33,768 nucleotides of DNA from a virus (Duplodnaviria > Caudoviricetes), in IMG/VR virus record IMGVR_UViG_3300011339_000560, positions 1-33,768 of that record; one strand, 5' to 3'. This document shows positions 17,707 through 24,748 of the stretch, piece after piece. Made by a program: the position numbers and the translations under genes. Position 1 is the stretch's first letter; every line of letters begins with the position of its first letter. The notes under the pieces are model-generated. The model was not told the DNA's origin and made no database searches. It saw only the letters and a list, made by a program, of their open reading frames with translations.

Positions 17707-17938
17707 TGTTACTAGGGCAATCTAGGCAATGGCTAGGTCTATCCATACAAATGCCTAAATGCTTACATTCATAGGTGTGTTGGGGAATACGAGCAAACGC
17801 TTCATCCTCTAGCTCTTGGTCTTGTAACTCTTTTATGGTGCGCTTGCGCCATACAGTCTTGCGGGCGCGGCAGCCATCTTCACAGTCGCGTAGGCACAGG
17901 CGCGTATTGGGGTAATGACAATCAGTTTGGTCACGCAT
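17699..17938 (-). CDS. Cys-rich small protein with two Cys clusters
   Basis: CHYPNTRLCLRDCEDGC and CKHLGIC.....CLDC; overlapping start with RBS AAGGA. Confidence 0.55.
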   Translation of the reverse strand: MRDQTDCHYPNTRLCLRDCEDGCRARKTVWRKRTIKELQDQELEDEAFARIPQHTYECKHLGICMDRPSHCLDCPSNNA

Positions 17939-18116
17939 GGGTTTTTCCTTTCGCTTCTAAAAGGTAGTCAAGGGCTTCACGGTACTTTTGGAAACTAGGG
18001 GCAAGTTGGACGCGCAGCTTTGCCCACTTGATAGCTTCTTCTAGGGACATCTTTTTACCGTCCCAAATAACGGTGTTGCCGGCAATCGGGGGCTTGTCGA
18101 ACAAATCAATCTGCAT
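17931..18116 (-). CDS. Hypothetical protein
   Basis: RBS GGAG; 61 aa; overlaps neighbours. Confidence 0.6.
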   Translation of the reverse strand: MQIDLFDKPPIAGNTVIWDGKKMSLEEAIKWAKLRVQLAPSFQKYREALDYLLEAKGKTHA

Positions 18117-18222
18117 GGGGCAAATCTCCGGTCAAGATAAGGGCAATGGTAATCAGGTAAACGGGGGCGTTATGCCCCTCGCGTACACGGTCTAGCAGCT
18201 TATGGGCATCAGCTAGGGACAT
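18106..18222 (-). CDS. Small protein (38 aa, not in track)
   Basis: MSLADAHKLLDRVREGHNAPVYLITIALILTGDLPHAD; overlaps both neighbours. Confidence 0.6.
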   Translation of the reverse strand: MSLADAHKLLDRVREGHNAPVYLITIALILTGDLPHAD

Positions 18223-18376
18223 GGGGCTTCACCGTTGGAGTCCATCCAAAGCGTCTCCAGGTCTGAGTGATGTCGGTCTTGGCAGCCGGCACATAGTCAA
18301 ACCCTTGATGCAACAGGCGCGTGGGGCGCGTAGGGGATTTTGTTGGGGCTATCGGGGCTAGTTGTGGTTTTAGCAT
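18209..18376 (-). CDS. Small protein (55 aa, not in track)
   Basis: RBS GAGG; ...FDYVPAAKTDITQTWRRFGWTP motif. Confidence 0.7.
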   Translation of the reverse strand: MLKPQLAPIAPTKSPTRPTRLLHQGFDYVPAAKTDITQTWRRFGWTPTVKPHVPS

Positions 18377-18386
18377 TGGAAACCTC

Positions 18387-18551
18387 TCAGAGAAAGATTA
18401 GCAGGGTTATCGACACAATGAAGATTAAAGCACAAACCAGGTCATCATGCGTAGGCGCGTGGGCGCGCGTGGGGGAATCACGGTCTACTTGCCGGGCTAT
18501 GGCGGCTGTAATATCTTGATTTACTTTGTCGAATATGTATCGGCTTTGCAT
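18387..18551 (-). CDS. Small C-terminally anchored membrane protein (54 aa, not in track)
   Basis: RBS AGGAG; ends LVCALIFIVSITLLIFL. Confidence 0.65.
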   Translation of the reverse strand: MQSRYIFDKVNQDITAAIARQVDRDSPTRAHAPTHDDLVCALIFIVSITLLIFL

Positions 18552-18563
18552 GGGGTTTGTCTC

Positions 18564-18752
18564 CTATGAGGTTTCAATAATGCTGCCAACGGTGCAACCG
18601 TTTGAATCGTTGATTGAATCAGGGAAAGCGTTTTCTTCTCTTATATATTTGGCGAGTGACTCCAATATATCGGGTAGCTCATGACAAAAACCGTCCGGTC
18701 CTACTTTGTAAAACGCATCTGTAGTTTTTAGATTGATTGTGATTGTGGACAT
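18564..18752 (-). CDS. Hypothetical early protein
   Basis: RBS GGAG before ATG 18752; C-terminal DSNGCTVG. Confidence 0.7.
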   Translation of the reverse strand: MSTITINLKTTDAFYKVGPDGFCHELPDILESLAKYIREENAFPDSINDSNGCTVGSIIETS

Positions 18753-18765
18753 AAATTCTCCAAGG

Positions 18766-18773
18766 GTTAGGAA
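18766..18773 (-). promoter_or_regulatory. TTCCTAAC box upstream of 18752 gene
   Basis: TTCCTAAC-CCTT-GGAG...ATG. Confidence 0.7.
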
Positions 18774-18783
18774 ATGGTAGGCA

Positions 18784-18832
18784 AGCGCGTACCGAATAGC
18801 GCCCATTTGGTAGGCGCTACACGCTAGGCGCT
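18784..18832 (-). repeat. Intergenic long hairpin, copy 1
   Basis: TAGCGTGTAG[CGCC..GGCG]CTATTCGGTA on the minus strand; related to 19107-19155. Confidence 0.65.
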
Positions 18833-19067
18833 AGGTGCTATGTTTTATATGGTGTTCTATCAGTTCAACGTCATGCTTTATTAGGTTATTTACGGCGTTA
18901 GCTACGGCGGCGTACATACCGGCGCGGCAGCTTATTTGCGCTTTTGCGTTACCGTTTAGCGCGGCGTTAGCCCAAAGGGTTTCACGTTCTAATATCTCTT
19001 TTAAATCGGCGCTTGTAAGGCGCGATAGGTAGGCGAACAAAATGGCAGCATGGTCTATTTTGTGCAT
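18831..19067 (-). CDS. Hypothetical early protein
   Basis: RBS AGGGG; 78 aa helical. Confidence 0.65.
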   Translation of the reverse strand: MHKIDHAAILFAYLSRLTSADLKEILERETLWANAALNGNAKAQISCRAGMYAAVANAVNNLIKHDVELIEHHIKHST

Positions 19068-19087
19068 GGTTAGCCCCTTTGGTTATG

Positions 19088-19095
19088 GTTAGGAA
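19088..19095 (-). promoter_or_regulatory. TTCCTAAC box upstream of 19067 gene
   Basis: TTCCTAAC-N9-AGGGG...ATG. Confidence 0.7.
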
Positions 19096-19106
19096 AGTAG
19101 CACGTT

Positions 19107-19155
19107 AAAACGTACCGCATAGAGCGCTTTTAAACGCTCTACACGCTACGCTTTT
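19107..19155 (-). repeat. Intergenic long hairpin, copy 2
   Basis: CGTAGCGTGTAGAGCG / CGCTCTATGCGGTACG stem on the minus strand, with G-U pairs. Confidence 0.65.
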
Positions 19156-20020
19156 ATGCCGCTAAGGGTAACGCTACGGTATCGGCGTTTACGGCGTTTA
19201 AACCGTTTACATAATCGGCAGCTTTTTGTGCAAGCGCCGCCGCTTTAAAAATGGCTTTGCTATCCTCTTTTAAGACTTTAAGCCATGATTCGATATAACC
19301 GGCGTGACGTAGCTCGCCCTGTATCCGGTAGTCCTGACATAAAAACGCCGCGCCCATTTCCGCTACCAGTTCCTCGAAAGCATACAAAGGGTTACCAAAG
19401 CGCCCTTTTAAGTTACGGTTACACCGTAGCTCATGCCCTGACCAGTGCGTCAATTCGTGGAAAACGGTAGCGTAGTAGCTAGCTTCACTTATAAAGCTAG
19501 CTTTGTGTGGCACGTTTATTTTGTCTACGCTAGGGGCATAAAACGCACTATCGCCGCCATGGGTGATTACCGCGCCGGTTTTCTTAATGCGTAGCTCGGC
19601 TTGCTCAATGGCGTTAAACGGTTTATCCGGTACGCTAGGCGCTTGGATAGTCACGCCGTCCACTTGGCTAGCATTAAAAACATAATACGCTTTAAGTAGG
19701 TTATAGCTCTCTACGTCACCGGTAGCTTTGTTTTCTTTTGTAACCGGCGAATAGAAAACAATCTTCGTGCCCTTTTCGCCCTTACGCACGTTAGCGCCTA
19801 CCGTTTGCCATTGTTTAAAGCTAGCCCATACTGGACAATTGAAACCGTTAACCATGCTAGATAGTCCAAGCATAAGCCGGTTAATGCCCTTATATGGCGC
19901 TTGTGAGAGAAAGTTTTTATCGGCGGTACTATCGGTAGCCCATGGCTTTATCCATGGCATAGCGCCGTTTTCTAGTTGTTTAATGATGCTATCGGTAACC
20001 TCTTGATATACAGTAGACAT
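19154..20020 (-). CDS. ardC: ArdC-family antirestriction protein (ssDNA-binding domain plus zincin-like domain)
   Basis: VTD.II..LE.G..PW.KPW, Y.GIN, W.SFKQW, VRKGEKG, VFNASQ, FHELTHW.GH, YAFEELVAE.GAAFL. Confidence 0.93.
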   Translation of the reverse strand: MSTVYQEVTDSIIKQLENGAMPWIKPWATDSTADKNFLSQAPYKGINRLMLGLSSMVNGFNCPVWASFKQWQTVGANVRKGEKGTKIVFYSPVTKENKATGDVESYNLLKAYYVFNASQVDGVTIQAPSVPDKPFNAIEQAELRIKKTGAVITHGGDSAFYAPSVDKINVPHKASFISEASYYATVFHELTHWSGHELRCNRNLKGRFGNPLYAFEELVAEMGAAFLCQDYRIQGELRHAGYIESWLKVLKEDSKAIFKAAALAQKAADYVNGLNAVNADTVALPLAA

Positions 20021-20038
20021 AAAAACCCCTTTGATGAT

Positions 20039-20046
20039 GTTAGGAA
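20039..20046 (-). promoter_or_regulatory. TTCCTAAC box upstream of ardC
   Basis: TATACT 5 nt upstream; followed by AGGGG RBS. Confidence 0.7.
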
Positions 20047-20091
20047 ATAAGAGTATACACGATTATTAAGATTAATAAAAGAGTAGCTCTT

Positions 20092-20121
20092 ACTATATAT
20101 AGCATAATAGAATCATGCCAA
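20092..20121 (-). promoter_or_regulatory. Candidate early sigma70 promoter for the ardC operon
   Basis: TTGGCA-N18-TATAGT. Confidence 0.4.
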
Positions 20122-20128
20122 GCATACC

Positions 20129-20141
20129 TAAGTCATTGATT
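20129..20141 (-). promoter_or_regulatory. IHF binding site
   Basis: AATCAATGACTTA matches WATCAANNNNTTR exactly. Confidence 0.6.
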
Positions 20142-20160
20142 TATATAGGGCACTATTTTT

Positions 20161-20180
20161 TTATCAACAAGTTATCCACA
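20161..20180 (+). promoter_or_regulatory. Tandem DnaA boxes
   Basis: TTATCAACA (1 mismatch, 20161-20169) and perfect TTATCCACA (20172-20180). Confidence 0.6.
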
Positions 20181-20360
20181 GTAATATATTTATATGTAGA
20201 TACTATGTTATAAAAGTAATTATGTTATGTAGTTAACTATAATGTCTACATATTATGTTATCTACATAATATGGTATCTACATATTATTATATATATATT
20301 ATAGTAACATACTATGTAGTAAATGGTATTAACATATTAGATTATCTACATAATGTCATT
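20181..20360. repeat. Very AT-rich region with CTACATA/TATGTAG repeats
   Basis: Seven copies in both orientations; three direct copies at 16-nt spacing (20246, 20262, 20278). Confidence 0.75.
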
Positions 20361-20639
20361 GTGTAGGCAAAAGGGAAAGTTAACATAATATCTACACCGT
20401 GCCCGATAGTAAAAGGGGCTTTTATAGGCGTGTACGGTAGCACTATGCGGCGTACCATGCTCTATCTATGCTACTGGTTTGGGTAATGGGTTTGGCAACG
20501 CTAACGCTCTCACGCGCTACGCTCTCGCGGTCATCAATTGGGTTTGGGACTCGTTAGGTGCGTGCCCCATTCACCTTTCCCCCCAAAAAAAATATGTGTT
20601 TTCTGCTATGCTTGGTTTGTCAGTTGTCCTTCTGGGCTT

Positions 20640-20667
20640 AGACCATCCTTGCGGTGGTCTTTTTTTT
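20640..20667 (+). terminator. Intrinsic terminator-like hairpin
   Basis: AGACCATC-cttgc-GGTGGTCT followed by a T run. Confidence 0.6.
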
Positions 20668-20677
20668 CGCCTATACT
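20649..20677 (+). promoter_or_regulatory. Candidate sigma70 promoter for the terminase operon
   Basis: TTGCGG-N17-TATACT. Confidence 0.45.
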
Positions 20678-20702
20678 GCCCAATATGGATATGGGGATGC
20701 AG

Positions 20703-20915
20703 ATGATTAACTTAGAGATTAGTAAAGATGTACCGTTGCCTGTTGACAAGCGGAGATACCCGTACAAGGTGATGGAGGTGGGTGACAGTTTCTTTGTTGA
20801 CGGTGGGAAGTTACAAGTGGTGTGTAACAACAACTACCGTACTGGCAAGAAGTTGGAGAGGAAATTTATCGCTAGATGCGAGGAAGGTGGGGTGAGGGTA
20901 TGGAGAACAAGTTAA
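20703..20915 (+). CDS. Small conserved phage protein (YP...MEVGDSFFV...GVRVWR family), possible DNA-binding
   Basis: Recognisable motif; ATG 20703 with GGGGA RBS. The track's long N-terminal extension is unlikely. Confidence 0.75.
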   Translation: MINLEISKDVPLPVDKRRYPYKVMEVGDSFFVDGGKLQVVCNNNYRTGKKLERKFIARCEEGGVRVWRTS

Positions 20916-21118
20916 ACGGGCATGACCACAAGATGATGCCTATTGCTATGGAAGATGTGAAGAAGGCTTACATGGAGCGTGTGTATGCGATGAGCCATGC
21001 TGAGTTGTTCCATGAGCTGATGCGGGTGCATACTGAGAGTGCTAAGTTGATGATGGCTGCTCAAGAGGAGTTAGAGAAGGTGCGTAGCCAGCTTGAGCAA
21101 TACGAACCTATCCATTAA
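20900..21118 (+). CDS. Hypothetical helical protein
   Basis: ATG 20900 with G-rich RBS; overlaps neighbours. Confidence 0.6.
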   Translation: MENKLNGHDHKMMPIAMEDVKKAYMERVYAMSHAELFHELMRVHTESAKLMMAAQEELEKVRSQLEQYEPIH

Positions 21119-21320
21119 GGAGCAGTTAAGGGCGAGTAGGGTTTGGCTTCAGGGAGAAGTCAGGGCTGCGCTACTTTGTAAGACCAAGAAGCAAAAGATT
21201 GCTTTGGTTGACAGATGGAAATCACAGTATTCGCCCATAACTGTTCAAGAGCTACTTAATGTGGCTAGGAATAAGAAGGCTGCCGGGGACATCATTCATT
21301 GGAACTTAGATGAAATTTAA
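21093..21320 (+). CDS. Hypothetical protein immediately upstream of terminase
   Basis: TTG start; overlaps the terL start. Confidence 0.55.
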   Translation: MSNTNLSIKEQLRASRVWLQGEVRAALLCKTKKQKIALVDRWKSQYSPITVQELLNVARNKKAAGDIIHWNLDEI

Positions 21321-23070
21321 CTTACAACAGTTCTATAAGTTCTGTGCCAACCTGAAGATTGAGACTAAGGAGCAGGGTCTACGAAACATGGACTCTCTCT
21401 TGGGGACTCAGACCTATGTGATGGAGGAAATAGCCTCTGGCTTGGCAAACGGGGTTCACTTCTTTGTCATCTTGAAGGGCAGACAGTTAGGTATCACTAC
21501 TATAAGTCTAGCCCTAGACTTATATTGGCACTTTACTAACGCTGGTCTTGGAGGCACACTTGTTACAGACACCGAAGAAAACCGAGATATGTTCAGAGGA
21601 ACACTCGGTGCATACATGGAGGGACTCCCAAAAGAGTACAAAATCCCCATGCTTGCCCACAACAGAAACTCTCTGTCTCTCAAAAACAGAAGCCGTATCT
21701 TCTACCAAGTCGCAGGACTTAGAGCCAAGGGTTCTCTCGGACGCGGAAAAGGCATCACATTTCTTCACGGCACAGAAACATCTTCTTGGGGTGACGAGGA
21801 AGGCTTGGCTTCCCTCTTAGCCTCTCTTGCCGAGACTAACCCTAACCGCCTCTATATCTTTGAGTCTACCGCCCGTGGCTTCAATATGTTCCATGAGATG
21901 TATACGACTGCTAAACGGGCTAGAACCCAAAAGGCTATCTTCTGTGGCTGGTGGCGCAATGAGTTCTACTCTGCTGACCCTGACAGCGATGTCTACAAAG
22001 TCTATTGGGACGGCAAACTAACTCCTGAAGAAAAGGAGTGGACAAAGGACATCAAGAAGCTATACAACTTTGAGATTAACTCAAGACAAATGGCTTGGTG
22101 GCGTTGGAAGATGTTGGAAGGCATCAAGGACGAATCCCTGATGTACCAAGAATTCCCCCCGACTGAGGACTATGCCTTTGTGATGACCGGCACTAGCTTC
22201 TTCTCTATTGCCCGTTGTACTGATGCAGCCAAGATTTCTAAGAAGCTCTCCTTTGATAACTACCGCTATGTCTTTGGGGCTAACTTCCAAGATACTCAGG
22301 TAGTGAAGTCCACAGAGCGCTTGGCTACCCTAAAGGTATGGGAAGAGCCTGTAGACACCGCCTACTATGTCATAGGCGCAGACCCTGCTTACGGGTCAAG
22401 CGACTGGGCTGATAGATTCTGTATTCAGGTCTATCGTTGCTACTCTGACGGCATGGAGCAAGTTGCTGCCTTTGCGACAAGTGAACTCAACACCTACCAG
22501 TTTGCTTGGGTCATTGCCCACCTTGCTGGCGCATACAAGAACTCAACCCTTAACTTGGAAGTCAACGGACCGGGACAAGCGGTTATCAATGAGCTGAAGA
22601 ACTTGAAGCGCCAAGCGGCTGCTATGGCTGGCGAGATTGGCAGACAGCTTATGGATGTCTACGGCTCAATGTCCAACTACATCTGGCGCAGAAACGACAC
22701 TATGGGTGGAATGTCGAACTCTATTGGCTGGCTGACCACGGTGCAGACCAAGGAGCGTATGTTGTCCTACATGAAGGACTACTTTGAGCGCGGAATGATG
22801 GCTGTCTACGACATGGACACCCTAGAGGAAATGAAGACCATTACCCGTGAGGGTGGAAGCATTGCCGCTTCTGGTCGCAACAAGGACGATAGGGTTATCG
22901 CTAGTGCCTTGGCTGCTGCCGCCTATGCCGAGCAACTCCAGCCTCGCCTGATAAGCATGAAGATTAGCCGAGCAGTCTCTCGGTCTTTGGAAGACAAGAC
23001 CCCTGAAGAAGTAGCGGTCGGTCGCAATGTATCGGATTACCTCAAGAAGATTGGTGTCTATGGAACATAA
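21310..23070 (+). CDS. terL: Terminase large subunit
   Basis: Walker A LKGRQLGITT, Walker B FLHGTE, ESTA coupling motif, nuclease VIGADPA and KDDRVIA. Confidence 0.93.
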   Translation: MKFNLQQFYKFCANLKIETKEQGLRNMDSLLGTQTYVMEEIASGLANGVHFFVILKGRQLGITTISLALDLYWHFTNAGLGGTLVTDTEENRDMFRGTLGAYMEGLPKEYKIPMLAHNRNSLSLKNRSRIFYQVAGLRAKGSLGRGKGITFLHGTETSSWGDEEGLASLLASLAETNPNRLYIFESTARGFNMFHEMYTTAKRARTQKAIFCGWWRNEFYSADPDSDVYKVYWDGKLTPEEKEWTKDIKKLYNFEINSRQMAWWRWKMLEGIKDESLMYQEFPPTEDYAFVMTGTSFFSIARCTDAAKISKKLSFDNYRYVFGANFQDTQVVKSTERLATLKVWEEPVDTAYYVIGADPAYGSSDWADRFCIQVYRCYSDGMEQVAAFATSELNTYQFAWVIAHLAGAYKNSTLNLEVNGPGQAVINELKNLKRQAAAMAGEIGRQLMDVYGSMSNYIWRRNDTMGGMSNSIGWLTTVQTKERMLSYMKDYFERGMMAVYDMDTLEEMKTITREGGSIAASGRNKDDRVIASALAAAAYAEQLQPRLISMKISRAVSRSLEDKTPEEVAVGRNVSDYLKKIGVYGT

Positions 23071-23860
23071 CAACCTGACCATAGTTTCGGTCTACGGTCA
23101 CAACGATGGAAGTTCTGCAATATTTGCTATTCAGAAGTCCATGCAAGAACTGCCGGGGTCACGGGGACTGCTACTGTCCCTTTTCAAGCCAGCCAACCTT
23201 CCTGACAGCATTGAGTGGAAGGAGATAGGCTTTCTTGACTACATGATGTATTCAATATTTATCATGCACAGCCTCTACGCTTTCATAGAAACTGACTACT
23301 GCTTGATGGTGCAAGATGACGGGTGGGTCTTAAACGGGGCTAACTTCAGAGAAGAGTACTACGAATATGACTACATTGGGGGTGCTTGCCACGCTGCTAT
23401 GGTCGGCAACCAGCTCCTCCTGCAAGGCACATGGCACGACAAGTTCCCTCGCACTATCGTCCAGAACGGGGGCTTTAGCCTAAGAAGCAAACGCTTCCTT
23501 GAAGCGCCCAACAAGCTAGGCATCGTCCACAACCATGCCCAAGACATCCACTTGTGGAACGAAGATGTCCAGTTATCCTGCATCAAACGCCACCTCTTTG
23601 CCGAGCATGGCATCAAATACGCTTCCGAGAAGTTAATCAGGGACTTCTCTATTGAGAGCGTGATACCTACATTCCACGATAACTTTGACTTCTCTAGACT
23701 TCTTGGCGCACATTCAACCTCGCGCAAACTAGTTTCTGCAAATCACATAGTGGTTAACCCTGACATTGTGAACGCCTACCGAGAGGTGGAGTTCCTAGAC
23801 TTCCTTCAATCCATTGGATACACCGTAGAGTATGTTGCCCGTAACCATACCCAAGCGTGA
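23060..23860 (+). CDS. DUF5672-like, glycosyltransferase-like protein
   Basis: TDYCLMVQDDG, YDYIGG, NGGFSLRSKRFLE, NEDV, FSIE motifs. Confidence 0.75.
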   Translation: MEHNNLTIVSVYGHNDGSSAIFAIQKSMQELPGSRGLLLSLFKPANLPDSIEWKEIGFLDYMMYSIFIMHSLYAFIETDYCLMVQDDGWVLNGANFREEYYEYDYIGGACHAAMVGNQLLLQGTWHDKFPRTIVQNGGFSLRSKRFLEAPNKLGIVHNHAQDIHLWNEDVQLSCIKRHLFAEHGIKYASEKLIRDFSIESVIPTFHDNFDFSRLLGAHSTSRKLVSANHIVVNPDIVNAYREVEFLDFLQSIGYTVEYVARNHTQA

Positions 23861-24230
23861 GCTGCTCCGCATCATCAAACGCTTTATCAAAGACCAGAAC
23901 AGAGGCATCTCTGTCAAGCTCTTTGCTGAACTTTGTGGGGTAGACAAGGAGCATTTGCTAGATGTTTTCTTCTATCGCATCCATCCATTGACCGAATATA
24001 TGCAGATTCGAGTCAGTAAGGGCTACAACTCTTGGTTAAAAGGCGAAGTTGCAGTCATGCAAAACAGAGATAAGACACGCTTTGTTGAGTACAGGCGTGA
24101 ACCAAAGCCCCGATTGGCGCGAACTACGGGTTTGCACCTAGTCAACGGGGAGATAAAGATTAAGGTAGGGGTGGCTAATCGCGGTGATTACTCAGGTCCA
24201 ACCTTAGATGAAGCACTTGAAAGGGGATAA
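23832..24230 (+). CDS. Hypothetical protein with HTH-like segment
   Basis: ISVKLFAELCGVDKEHLLDVF resembles an HTH. Confidence 0.6.
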   Translation: MLPVTIPKRELLRIIKRFIKDQNRGISVKLFAELCGVDKEHLLDVFFYRIHPLTEYMQIRVSKGYNSWLKGEVAVMQNRDKTRFVEYRREPKPRLARTTGLHLVNGEIKIKVGVANRGDYSGPTLDEALERG

Positions 24231-24232
24231 CT

Positions 24233-24748
24233 ATGGCTGTGCTAAAGGACTATAAATGCGACAAACACGGATACTTTGAGAGCTTTGAGGCTAAATGCCC
24301 CATGAAAAACTGCTCTGAAGAGGTCTATGTGGTGTTTCTACAAGCTCCGGGGCTTATCTCGGACACCACAAAGAAGAATGATAAGAACATTAAGCAACTC
24401 GCTATGGAATTTGATATGACAGATGTCAAGTCAACCCGTGAGGGCGAGAATCAAGCGGGATTCTTTACACGAAAGAACAAAACATCTAAGCGCCAGCTTG
24501 AGAAGGAAGCAAAGATTGCTGCCGAGCGCCCAAGAGAGCCAAGACCGGGTGACGCTGCCATTTGGGGTGGCGGTGGCGGTATGGATATGAAGTCTGCGTT
24601 ATCTGGTAGATTTAACCGACCAGTTGGTCCTCAACTTGGCAAAGAAACCGAAGTTGTGTCAATAATGCCTAACGCAATGGGCAATTTGACAGGACCAAAG
24701 ATGGCTAGTTACACTCCAGACCACGAAAACCTCACGTTGAAGAAATAA
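24233..24748 (+). CDS. Hypothetical protein with N-terminal Zn-ribbon-like motif
   Basis: DYKCDKHGYFE...CPMKNC; RBS AGGGG. Confidence 0.7.
   Translation: MAVLKDYKCDKHGYFESFEAKCPMKNCSEEVYVVFLQAPGLISDTTKKNDKNIKQLAMEFDMTDVKSTREGENQAGFFTRKNKTSKRQLEKEAKIAAERPREPRPGDAAIWGGGGGMDMKSALSGRFNRPVGPQLGKETEVVSIMPNAMGNLTGPKMASYTPDHENLTLKK
24686..24715 (+). promoter_or_regulatory. Candidate internal promoter upstream of portal
   Basis: TTGACA-N18-TACACT. Confidence 0.35.

Noticed and set aside
18317-18476. GGCGCGTGGG repeats
   Set aside because: Both lie within small ORFs encoding PTR-type Pro/Arg segments; no independent evidence of function.
20102-20120. Sigma54 promoter (TGGCATGATTC...)
   Set aside because: The -24 element matches but the TTGC -12 element is not at the required spacing.
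20181-20360. CRISPR array
   Set aside because: Repeats are 7-16 nt, in both orientations, without unique 30-nt spacers.
20479-20702. ORF 20479-20706 and N-terminal extension of 20538-20915
   Set aside because: They cross a terminator/promoter and homopolymer runs; the recognisable family motif begins near ATG 20703.
20876-21320. Terminase small subunit assignment
   Set aside because: Position fits but no recognisable TerS motif; left as hypothetical.
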